A model generated the notes under the pieces. The model did not search any database and was not told the origin of the DNA. It worked only from the letters and a program-made list of their open reading frames with translations. A DNA stretch of 64,000 nt, from positions 3,136,001 through 3,200,000 of the forward strand of contig OZ242195.1 of assembly GCA_965205975.1 (NCBI GenBank), in the 5' to 3' direction. Shown here in pieces: positions 38,866-47,306 of this stretch (its first letter is position 1; each line of letters starts with the position of its first letter). The stretch comes from Candidatus Latescibacterota bacterium (GTDB taxonomy: Bacteria > Latescibacterota > UBA2968). The position numbers and the translations under genes are program-made.

Positions 38866-40136
38866 GACACCTCCACCAGTGTTTGTGCAACATCTGTTCG
38901 ATAGACCTGAAGCGCGGGTATAAGAGCCGATACACTACCCAACACAAGCGCCAGACCAATGAGCCAGAATTCATCGGACAAAATAATCCATCCCGTCAAA
39001 TTTATATGCTGTGCCTCGCGCACCCACGCGCCAATCACCTCAGTGCTTGCATGCCCAATCACAAAACCCAACCCCGTACCCATCAATGTAAGCAAGACCC
39101 CCTCCAAAAGCACCTGAACAAAAAGTTTACCGCGACTTGCCCCCAGAGCACGCATCATAGCCAGATCGTATCGCCGATCTTTCATCGCATTATAAAGTGC
39201 CACAAAAATGCTCAACGCCGCTGCAAACACCAGAACCCCACCAAAAACCCGCACCACCTCCAACCCAACACCGAGCAATGCAAAAAGGCGCGTTGTCTCA
39301 AATGCGGGGGACGCAGCCTGAAATTTGGTCTCTTTGTTCACATACCTTGGAAATGACACGGCTGCAATGGGTGAACGATAGCGAATCAACAAACTCGTGA
39401 CTTCGCGCTCGGCATCGGCTTCACTGTCCATCGGCAAACCGAGAACATCGCGTGCGCGATCCTCATCGGCCTGGCTCTCCATGTGGTGATCCTGTTCATC
39501 GCCCTCTTCTTCATGCGGTTCGTGAACCAGCCAGACCGTCTCCACAGAAGTCAATAACAGACGATCGATAATCGAACCCGTTGGTTGCAAAACACCCACC
39601 ACGCGAAACGGTTGCGATTCGTGTTGATCAGAAGCAGTTTCTGCGGTCAAACCGTGCGAGCTAATAATCTCGTCACCCAGCGCAAGACCTGTCACGCCGG
39701 CAACCTGCGCGCCTATGACCACCTGATATGGTACATCCCAAAAGGTACCGTCAACCAATTCCGCCCGGTAGTGTTTGGCGTATGCGGATGTCGTTCCCAC
39801 AATGCGATATCCCCGATAATTATCCCCCAACGCCAGAGGTATCACCTGTGCAACCGCCCTGTTTTTTGCCAGTTCACGCGCCTCTAAAAGCGGTATGTTA
39901 CCCGTTGGCACGTCAACGTGAAAAACACTGGACAAAATCAATTGCAGGGGACTGCCCTTAGCACCCACAACAACATCAATATTTTCAACATTACGGTGCA
40001 AATTCTCTTCAAATTGTTCGCCAAAAAGCAACAAAACAACGACAATACCCGTTCCAAGTCCCAACAATATCATATTGAGCAATGTATTCAACTTGCGCCG
40101 ATAAATATAGGCCAGACTAATTTTGAAGAGATTCAT
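38862..40136 (-). CDS. MacB/FtsX-type ABC permease (ZrgC-like)
   Basis: DVVVGAKGSPLQLILSSVFH, ALGDNYRGYRIVGT, RALGAS. Confidence 0.88.
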   Translation of the reverse strand: MNLFKISLAYIYRRKLNTLLNMILLGLGTGIVVVLLLFGEQFEENLHRNVENIDVVVGAKGSPLQLILSSVFHVDVPTGNIPLLEARELAKNRAVAQVIPLALGDNYRGYRIVGTTSAYAKHYRAELVDGTFWDVPYQVVIGAQVAGVTGLALGDEIISSHGLTAETASDQHESQPFRVVGVLQPTGSIIDRLLLTSVETVWLVHEPHEEEGDEQDHHMESQADEDRARDVLGLPMDSEADAEREVTSLLIRYRSPIAAVSFPRYVNKETKFQAASPAFETTRLFALLGVGLEVVRVFGGVLVFAAALSIFVALYNAMKDRRYDLAMMRALGASRGKLFVQVLLEGVLLTLMGTGLGFVIGHASTEVIGAWVREAQHINLTGWIILSDEFWLIGLALVLGSVSALIPALQVYRTDVAQTLVEVS

Positions 40137-40786
40137 GCGGGCAATTCCACCTGTTCATCAAGCGCAATACAATGGTCAAAACTATCGGTAATACGATGAT
40201 CATGTGAGGCTACCACCAGAGTTGCCTCAACCTCTCGCGCCGATGACGTGAGCAAATCCAACACCTGCTTGCTGCGCGCGTCATCCAATCCAGATGTCGG
40301 TTCATCGGCCAATAATAATTGGGGGCGATTAACAACAGATCGGGCAATTGCCACGCGCTGTTGTTGACCAAAACTCAGTTCCGATGGATAAGCGTGTTCG
40401 CGACCTGCCAGACCGAGAGCCGCAAGCACCTGTTCGGCACGCGCTTTATCCTGCGGAACACCGGCCATATAATGCGCCATAAGCAAATTTTCCAGCACCG
40501 TAAAAACCGGGAACAGGTGAAATTGTTGAAAAACAATGCCAATGCGTTGCCCGCGAAATCGATCGCGAGCGGTCTCTGTCAGTGCATAAATATCCTGTTT
40601 GGCAATATGCACACTGCCCTGTGAGGGCTTTAACAAACCAGCTATAATATGCAAAAGCGTCGTCTTCCCGCTTCCCGATGGCCCGTGCAACAGCCATTTT
40701 TCATCGGGCTGGGCCTCAATATAATCTGGCAAGTCCAATACAAGACGACCACCATAAACATGCCCAACGTGTTTAAGTGCAAACAT
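40133..40786 (-). CDS. ABC ATPase (ZrgB-like)
   Basis: GPSGSGKT, LSFGQQQR, LADEPT, SHD. Confidence 0.92.
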   Translation of the reverse strand: MFALKHVGHVYGGRLVLDLPDYIEAQPDEKWLLHGPSGSGKTTLLHIIAGLLKPSQGSVHIAKQDIYALTETARDRFRGQRIGIVFQQFHLFPVFTVLENLLMAHYMAGVPQDKARAEQVLAALGLAGREHAYPSELSFGQQQRVAIARSVVNRPQLLLADEPTSGLDDARSKQVLDLLTSSAREVEATLVVASHDHRITDSFDHCIALDEQVELPA

Positions 40787-40860
40787 GAAATAGTATCCAA
40801 AAAATGCGATGTGTGACTTCAAAATGTGCCGTCAAAATCGAACGGATGAGGCAATTTCGG

Positions 40861-42099
40861 TCATGCTGACTCTTCGACCATGCGAAGCTCCGGAAACGGG
40901 TTCCGGAACCCTGCCCAGGTCTTGCTGTTAGCGGAGGCGAGGCGCTCGTCGAGCAGACACGCGTCGAGGCGAGCGCGCATCGACGCCTCGTGCATCTGCT
41001 GACCGATGAAGACGAGTTGCTGCGCGCGATCGCCGAAGCGAGGATGCCAGTCCGGATGCTGGTCAGGGCGCTGACCCTCGGGGTGACCCCAGTGTTCGCG
41101 AGGCACGGCCGCCCACCACATCCCAACGGGGTTCACATTGATGACGCCGCCGGCTTGAGACCACTCGTAGAGGACCCGATGGTCAGCGGCGACCCAGAAG
41201 AAGCCCTTCGAGCGGAGCACGCCGCTCCAGTTCTCGGCGTCGTGCAGGAGATCCCACAGTTTCTCGGCGTCGAAAGGCTGCGACGTCCGATAGGTGAAGC
41301 TCGAGATCCCGTACTCCTCGGTCTCAGGCGTGTGCTCACCCTGAAGCTCTCGAATCCAGCCGGCGGAGTGCGCCGCCTTCTCGTAGTCGAACAGGCCCGT
41401 GTCGAGCACGCATTCGAGCGGAACCTGTCCGCGCGTCGCCATGAGGACCTCCGCGCCGGGGTTGAACGCTTTCACGATGGCCTCGACCTCGAGAGCCTGA
41501 TCGTCGCTCACGAGATCGAGCTTGTTCAGCACGATGACGTCGGCGAACTCGATCTGGTCGATGAGCAAGTCGGTCACTGTCCGGTGATCTTCTTCGCCCA
41601 GCGACTCACCGCGGTCCTGGAGCGCCTCGGAGGCGGCGTAGTCCCGCAGGAAACTCGCAGCGTCCACGACTGTGACCATCGTGTCGAGGCGCGAAACCTG
41701 ACCCAGGCTCACACCGTTCTCGTCCTCGAAGGTGAAGGTCTGCGCGACGGGAATGGGCTCCGAGATCCCCGTGGACTCGATGAGCAGGTAGTCGAAGCGT
41801 CCCTCCTGCGCGAGCCGTGAGACCTCGGCGAGCAGGTCGTCTCGCAGCGTGCAGCAGATGCAGCCGTTCGACATCTCGACCAGCTTCTCCTCGGTCCGCG
41901 AGAGTTCCGCACCGCCGCGCTCAACGAGCGTCGCGTCGATGTTGACCTCGCTCATATCGTTGACGATGACCGCGACGCGCATGCCCTCGCGGTTGTTGAG
42001 CACGTTGTTGAGTAGAGTGGTCTTGCCTGCGCCGAGAAAGCCGGACAGGACAGTAACGGGAAGTCTCTCTGATAGGGGCACTTTAGTTTCCTTACTCAT
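40861..42099 (-). CDS. COG0523/CobW-family Zn metallochaperone GTPase (ZigA/YciC-like)
   Basis: [34 protein letters not shown]. Confidence 0.95.
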   Translation of the reverse strand: MSKETKVPLSERLPVTVLSGFLGAGKTTLLNNVLNNREGMRVAVIVNDMSEVNIDATLVERGGAELSRTEEKLVEMSNGCICCTLRDDLLAEVSRLAQEGRFDYLLIESTGISEPIPVAQTFTFEDENGVSLGQVSRLDTMVTVVDAASFLRDYAASEALQDRGESLGEEDHRTVTDLLIDQIEFADVIVLNKLDLVSDDQALEVEAIVKAFNPGAEVLMATRGQVPLECVLDTGLFDYEKAAHSAGWIRELQGEHTPETEEYGISSFTYRTSQPFDAEKLWDLLHDAENWSGVLRSKGFFWVAADHRVLYEWSQAGGVINVNPVGMWWAAVPREHWGHPEGQRPDQHPDWHPRFGDRAQQLVFIGQQMHEASMRARLDACLLDERLASANSKTWAGFRNPFPELRMVEESA

Positions 42100-42488
42100 A
42101 CCGCATTGCCACACGCATCACAGGTTCCGAGCAATACCACCTCATGTCCCGTCATCTGAAACCCGTCTGGAACCAGGGAATCGAGGCCCTCGACGCAACC
42201 GAAGAGGTCAAACGCATGGTCGCAGGTCGAACAAAGAAAGTGATGGTGATGCTCGCGGTCCTTGGGCTCGTACCGAACGCCGCGGCCCAACACCTCAACT
42301 GCCTCCAGCGTGCCTTCCTCAACACCCCGTTGGAGCGCGCGATATACCGTGGCGAGACCGATACGCTCTCCCCTTCCGCTCAGGCGACTCCACAATTCCC
42401 TGGCGGATAGGGGGCCGTCCGCTTCGCCAAGGGCTCGCAAGACGGTCAGCTGCTGTTTCGCTCTCTGCTGTTGATTAGCTCTTTGCAT
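42096..42488 (-). CDS. Fur-family regulator, probable Zur
   Basis: [20 protein letters not shown]-terminal CDAC; heads the metal operon. Confidence 0.88.
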   Translation of the reverse strand: MQRANQQQRAKQQLTVLRALGEADGPLSARELWSRLSGRGERIGLATVYRALQRGVEEGTLEAVEVLGRGVRYEPKDREHHHHFLCSTCDHAFDLFGCVEGLDSLVPDGFQMTGHEVVLLGTCDACGNAV

Positions 42489-42494
42489 GAAGAA

Positions 42495-42523
42495 ATGATA
42501 ATCAATTCTCACATTATTGTCAA
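42495..42523 (-). promoter_or_regulatory. Leaderless sigma70 promoter with a Fur/Zur-like box
   Basis: TTGACA-17-TATCAT, then 6 nt to ATG; TGAGAATTGATTATCA palindrome over the -10. Confidence 0.75.
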
Positions 42524-42704
42524 GACTTAACAGATCGGTAAGGGTAGCGTATCTATGCTGTGCGTGTTCGCACGCAGACAGGTCGGAGGTTCCTTTACAA
42601 ATATTTACAGGGAACCCGACCGCCCTTCACGATGTTTAATTTAGACAAAAGCCGTAAACGGTTATATTTTGACGTATCTCGGATAGCAAAAAAGGAGCGA
42701 TCCA

Positions 42705-43484
42705 ATGCACACCAGATGGTTTTTCCTCTTCGCACTGTTCCTTACTGCCTGTATAGGTCCGTTGGATCCGAACAACTCCGAATACATTGAAATACGGGAA
42801 GTAACCGTCGGTCCTGCCCTGGCCAGATGCTATGGCGTGGGTGAACAGACCTGCATGATCGTTGACGGCTCATTATTCTACGACGGCATTGAAGGCTTCA
42901 ACTTCGAAGCGGGCTACAACTATCGCCTGCGGATCGGCATATACGACCCCTATAATGGGGGAGAACCCCCGCAGGATGCCGGCCAGTACAATTATCGCCT
43001 GCTGGAACAAATAGAAAAAGCCCCTGCGCCATCCACCCCTGCAACCATATCTGTGGGACCAACGCGAATAAAATGCGTGCAAAACGACGACTTTTGCCTG
43101 CTGATTAACGGTACGCCATACGACGACATCATCACCAGCTTTGAGTACGAAGCCGGGTATCACTATACCCTCAATGCAAACCAGTACAGCGATGGCCGAT
43201 ACGTATTGACTGAAATAGCCTCAAAAACCGAAGTGACGGGCACAGAAGAAGAAATAACCGTAGGACCCCACAGAACCCCATGCGGCGCCGTGTACTGCAA
43301 CGTCGTCAATGGCGAAGCCTTCCTTAGTGAAATCGTGAACTTCCAGCCCCGGCACAACTACAGCTACCGCCTGCGAGTCGAACGATTCGACCTGTTTACC
43401 AATAACACAACCCCGCCGTCATCCAACATCCCAACCTACGGCTATCGCTGGCTGGAAACCCTCGATCAGAGCGCCAACAATTGA
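42705..43484 (+). CDS. Lipoprotein with three DUF4377-like repeats
   Basis: Lipobox LTAC; three units V.P.R..C....C..V.G..F...I..F....GY.Y.L. Confidence 0.75.
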   Translation: MHTRWFFLFALFLTACIGPLDPNNSEYIEIREVTVGPALARCYGVGEQTCMIVDGSLFYDGIEGFNFEAGYNYRLRIGIYDPYNGGEPPQDAGQYNYRLLEQIEKAPAPSTPATISVGPTRIKCVQNDDFCLLINGTPYDDIITSFEYEAGYHYTLNANQYSDGRYVLTEIASKTEVTGTEEEITVGPHRTPCGAVYCNVVNGEAFLSEIVNFQPRHNYSYRLRVERFDLFTNNTTPPSSNIPTYGYRWLETLDQSANN

Positions 43485-43489
43485 AGCCC

Positions 43490-44569
43490 CTACGAAAACG
43501 CCTGACTCATATTTTTCCGATGCAAAATAAACCAGACCACAATCGGCGCGCCAATCAGGGACGTCACCGCATTCAGCGGCAAAACAAATTGACTACCCGG
43601 CAAATGGGCGATCAGATCGGATAGCAGCGCCAGCGTCGCCCCCAGGCAAGTAACCGCAGGCATAAGCACGCGATGATCCGACGTATGCAACAGACTGCGG
43701 CAAAGATGCGGCACAGCCAAACCCAAAAACGCAATCGGACCGCAAAAAGCAGTGGTTGCGCCCGCCAGAATCGACGCACTGACCAAAATCCACAAGCGAA
43801 TGCGTTTGACATTCAAGCCCATACTACGCGCATAATTTTCCCCCAGCAACAGCGCATTGAGCGGCTTAATACACAAAAACGCCAGCAACAGACCCACCAA
43901 AATAGCAGAAATGAGCACAGGCATTTGTCGCCATGTCACACTCCCAAAACTGCCAAAAGTCCACAAAATGTACGACTGTATCTGTTCGGGAACGCTAAAA
44001 TAAATCAGAATACTGACAAAAGCCCCCGTCGCGTACCCAAACATCAACCCCAAAATCAGCAACGTCATCACACTCTGCACACTGCGAGACACCAGCAACA
44101 CGCACCCCAACACAGCGGCTGCACCCATAATAGCCGCAACCGCCAAACCCAAATCGCCCAGAAAGCCCAACCCCGCGATAAGCACACTACCGACCGAACC
44201 CACCGTCAGCACCACAATAGCAACGCCGAGACTCGCGCCGGCACTGATACCCAGCACAAAAGGATCAGCCAGCGGATTGCGAAAAAGCGTTTGCATCTGC
44301 AACCCACTCACGGAAAGCGCCGCACCTGCCAGCACAGCGGTAATCGCCTTCGGCAGTCGAATCGTATGAACAATAATCGCCCACGCCGGAGAAAACACTT
44401 CTCCGCCCGTAAGAATGCCGAACAAGCCCGCCAATGGAATATGAACTGACCCCAGCGACAAACTCAAGCCGAACGCGACCAGGAGCATTAAAAATAACCC
44501 CAGCATAATAACCGCGTGCCGCGACCTCCCCTGCGGTTCATCTTTACTTTGATTCTCTATCCCGACCAT
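43490..44569 (-). CDS. btuC: FecCD/BtuC-type ABC permease
   Basis: IRLPKA, FRNPLADP..LG.SAGA, LGENYARSMG, CGPIAFLG. Confidence 0.85.
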   Translation of the reverse strand: MVGIENQSKDEPQGRSRHAVIMLGLFLMLLVAFGLSLSLGSVHIPLAGLFGILTGGEVFSPAWAIIVHTIRLPKAITAVLAGAALSVSGLQMQTLFRNPLADPFVLGISAGASLGVAIVVLTVGSVGSVLIAGLGFLGDLGLAVAAIMGAAAVLGCVLLVSRSVQSVMTLLILGLMFGYATGAFVSILIYFSVPEQIQSYILWTFGSFGSVTWRQMPVLISAILVGLLLAFLCIKPLNALLLGENYARSMGLNVKRIRLWILVSASILAGATTAFCGPIAFLGLAVPHLCRSLLHTSDHRVLMPAVTCLGATLALLSDLIAHLPGSQFVLPLNAVTSLIGAPIVVWFILHRKNMSQAFS

Positions 44570-44597
44570 CCTCTCATCCTATTTTAGACAGGAATTT

Positions 44598-44658
44598 TCA
44601 TCCGCATCCATCTGTTCATCGGTGTTCATCTGCGTTCATCTGCGTTCATCTGCGGATA
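44598..44658. repeat. ATCTGCGTTC decamer tandem repeat (longest copy)
   Basis: catctgttcatcggtgttcatctgcgttcatctgcgttcatctgcggat. Confidence 0.8.
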
Positions 44659-44718
44659 CCTTTCAGTGCCGCAATCAAATCGGCAATCGAATCGCATTCC
44701 CGAACCACGCCAGCGCGC

Positions 44719-45645
44719 TCAACACACCAGGCCCCCTTCCCGAATATTGACGCACCACTCAGCCCCCGCATCTCCCACTTGAAACCCCGCCCTCTCCAGC
44801 GCGCGCCTGGTCCAATACGCACGGCGTCCTTCCCCAGACACAGCAACTGAGGCGTGACCGCGTTGGGCATTGAGCTTAAACGCACCCGTATCCGCGTCAA
44901 AACGCACACCATCACTCTGAAACGCGCCTTCAAAAGCACCATTGAGAATTAAATCCTCAGGCGCGCCAGTCTGCAACCCGCCCTCAAAAGGCAAAAGATA
45001 GATGCGATCTGCACAGCGCAGTGCCAGATCCAAATCGTGCGTCGAAAGCAGAATCGCCTTACCGGTAGAATGTGCCAGATCCTGCAACAAAGCCATAATC
45101 TCAGCGCGGCGGGGCAGATCGAGAAAAGCCGTAGGTTCATCCAGAATCATAAGACCGGGCTGCTGCGCCAGCGCGCGTGCAATCATAACCTTTTGACGCT
45201 CGCCATCGCTGAGTTCGGTCACATTGCGATATGTTAAATCCTCAGCGCGAGCTGCCCGAATAGCCCAGGAAACAACCCGTTCATCTTCATCTGTAAAGCG
45301 TCCGATCCAATCCGTATGGGGATATCGTCCCAGACCGACCAGATCGCGCACAGCCATAATACCAACACCAATGCGGTCCGTAAGCACCACGCTAATCACC
45401 TGGGCAACTTCTGTAGCAGACATATCCGCGATATCCCGCCCCATAAGACAAACATGCCCATCGAGCGGCGGCTGCATTCCCACAAGCGTGCGAATAAGCG
45501 TGGACTTCCCCGCACCATTGGGACCGAGCAAACACACAAACTCACCGCGATGGAGCGACACATCTATATCGCGTGCCACAACGCGAGGCGGACGACGACC
45601 GTATTTGTAACCCACAGCGAGATTTTGTGTTTTGAGAATCGCCAT
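44719..45645 (-). CDS. btuD: Cobalamin/Fe-chelate ABC ATPase (possible late frameshift)
   Basis: GPNGAGKST, LSDGERQK, LDEPTAFLD, STHD. Confidence 0.85.
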   Translation of the reverse strand: MAILKTQNLAVGYKYGRRPPRVVARDIDVSLHRGEFVCLLGPNGAGKSTLIRTLVGMQPPLDGHVCLMGRDIADMSATEVAQVISVVLTDRIGVGIMAVRDLVGLGRYPHTDWIGRFTDEDERVVSWAIRAARAEDLTYRNVTELSDGERQKVMIARALAQQPGLMILDEPTAFLDLPRRAEIMALLQDLAHSTGKAILLSTHDLDLALRCADRIYLLPFEGGLQTGAPEDLILNGAFEGAFQSDGVRFDADTGAFKLNAQRGHASVAVSGEGRRAYWTRRALERAGFQVGDAGAEWCVNIREGGLVC

Positions 45646-45742
45646 TTTCCATCCGAGTGAACAAAAAAACGGGTCGCGCCTTTTCTTCTGTATTCACGAA
45701 ACCCGTCTCTTGTAATTGCTCGTATCAATCTGCGTGCTGTCA
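45646..45742 (-). pseudogene. hicA: HicA toxin fragment
   Basis: Reads (L)TARRLIRAITRDGFREYRRKGATRFFVHSDG; no start codon, cut by the IS right end and by the btuD start. Confidence 0.6.
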
Positions 45743-45900
45743 GTCAACCACCCACGGTTAAAGCCTGTGGGCTTGTCCCTGCCGCGTCACATCCCCGGGC
45801 AGTTGCCCACCATTGGGGCACGGCGAGACTTTAGGCTTGTTGACACAAAGCCCTTGCTCGGATGTTCCGAGCAGCGTTGCGGTCGGCGTGGTCTTGATGG
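45743..45900 (-). ncRNA. Predicted TnpB omegaRNA/reRNA scaffold (5' boundary approximate)
   Basis: Hairpin-rich stretch between the tnpB 3' end and the right end, the established omegaRNA location. Confidence 0.6.
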
Positions 45901-46922
45901 CCACACGCTTTGCAAAGGAAGGATGTTTGGTCTTGTCTATTGGCTTTCTCACAGTGTCCACACTCGGCACACGTTTGGCTGGTGTATTTCGGATCCACAG
46001 GGATCACGGAAATGCCAGCACGTCTTGCTTTGTATTCAACGAATGTGCGAAGCTGGAAGAAAGACCACCCAGACATTTTAGCACGCTGAGGCTTGCGAAA
46101 CCGTTTCTGGCTCTTGCGGATGCCTTCGAGGTCTTCAAGAGCAATCGCTTTGCCAGTGTCTTTAGCCTTCTCAACCATGCGTTTGGAGATGATGTGGTTG
46201 GTATTTCTACGAAACCTGCTCTCTCTGCCGGAGAGTAGGGAGAGTTTTCTGCGAACATTCTTGGGTCTCTTGCCTTGCTTGACAAGGGCAGACGCTTTCT
46301 GCTGGAGCGACTTTTTCAGATCGTGCATCTTCTGTCGGACATTTTCAACCGTGTCGCCAGAAAATGTTTCACCATCGTCTGTAACAGCAAGGTTGGTGGT
46401 GCCGAGATCAACGCCAATGAAGTCTGTCGTCAGTATCGGCGTGCCGTCGGGTACATCGACAGAGACAAGCAGAAACCACTTGCCGTCTTTGCGGAGCACA
46501 AGGTCTGCCTGTCCTTTGGCATAGCCAAACTGCTCACGCTGATAGTTGCCCATCAACATTGGCACAAGAACACGCCCTTCAAGCGTCAGCAAAGAAACAC
46601 GGTCTATGCCCTTGAAACTATACAGGCGTTGATCATACGGTATGCTTGCATGCTTACGGAACGATGGTTGCACTGACTTATCGCGCTTATACGCCTCTAC
46701 AACTTGAGCAATACAGCGAATAGCCATTTGTGCAGAGAGACCAAACAAGCGGCGTAAGTCTGAGTAGCATAGCTTTTGTAGTGCAAACTTATTCGCCAGC
46801 TTGCGCTCATAAGCCTTCAGAGCAAGCCAATTGGCGGCTTCGTTGAACCGCTCAATAGTGGCTTTTAGCTTCTGTGCTGTAGCAACATCTGGCAACAGTT
46901 GTATTTGAAGTGTCAGTTTCAT
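45831..46922 (-). CDS. tnpB: RNA-guided nuclease TnpB
   Basis: RuvC GVDLG, ALEDL, HADRNAARNI; zinc finger CAEC..CKAC; YTSQ. Confidence 0.95.
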   Translation of the reverse strand: MKLTLQIQLLPDVATAQKLKATIERFNEAANWLALKAYERKLANKFALQKLCYSDLRRLFGLSAQMAIRCIAQVVEAYKRDKSVQPSFRKHASIPYDQRLYSFKGIDRVSLLTLEGRVLVPMLMGNYQREQFGYAKGQADLVLRKDGKWFLLVSVDVPDGTPILTTDFIGVDLGTTNLAVTDDGETFSGDTVENVRQKMHDLKKSLQQKASALVKQGKRPKNVRRKLSLLSGRESRFRRNTNHIISKRMVEKAKDTGKAIALEDLEGIRKSQKRFRKPQRAKMSGWSFFQLRTFVEYKARRAGISVIPVDPKYTSQTCAECGHCEKANRQDQTSFLCKACGHQDHADRNAARNIRARALCQQA

Positions 46923-47037
46923 ATTGAGAAATATAGTCAATAAGGATGAGGCCTTCAAGGGGCAAATTGCTAAAGCACACCAAAACCGTAAGCCCTCCGC
47001 CATGCGACCCAACGCTAAAGCTCTCTGCGAGTGGGCT

Positions 47038-47277
47038 TCACGGGCTATTGGGTGAAGAAGGCTCAGAAGGAATCTCTTCGCCATTCTCCAGCAGATACGC
47101 AACAAGAAGATCAACAGCGTTTTCTAAATTCTCTAACGCCTCTTTCTCGGTATATCCCCAACTCGCAGCCCCTCTATGTTCCAACGCGGGAATATAAGCT
47201 CTCCAGACCGCTTTCCCATCCGGCTCATCGGGCCACTTGTCTTTCTCCAAGACAGCCTTAAATAAATATGTTTTCAT
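47038..47277 (-). CDS. hicB: HicB-family antitoxin, 3' end replaced by the IS left end
   Basis: WRAYIPAL..GAASWG.T.KEAL.N...A..L......GEEIP. Confidence 0.8.
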   Translation of the reverse strand: MKTYLFKAVLEKDKWPDEPDGKAVWRAYIPALEHRGAASWGYTEKEALENLENAVDLLVAYLLENGEEIPSEPSSPNSP

Positions 47278-47306
47278 ATATTTTCCTCAGAATGACTACT
47301 CCACTA

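Larger units (their letters stand above)
45743..47051 (-). mobile_element. IS200/IS605-family tnpB-only element (IS1341-like)
   Basis: Left end ccaatagcccgtgaagcccac..gctttagcgttggg; right end aagcccacaggctttaaccgtgggtggttgac; no tnpA. Confidence 0.88.

Noticed and set aside
40990..41820. Long plus-strand ORFs opposite real genes (also 47784-48716, 49042-49944, 60774-61679 and others)
   Set aside because: Antisense shadows of well-supported genes, with no recognisable motifs.
42581..42622. ggtcggaggttcc...ggaacccgacc hairpin as an ncRNA
   Set aside because: Single imperfect hairpin, most likely a degenerate REP-like palindrome; no further support.
44598..44658. Decamer array as a CRISPR
   Set aside because: Units are contiguous 8-10-mers without unique spacers, and no cas genes are present in the window.
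45831..47114. 427-aa TnpB with a long N-terminal extension
   Set aside because: The extension crosses the IS left end and hicB; the typical start MKLTLQ is at 46922.
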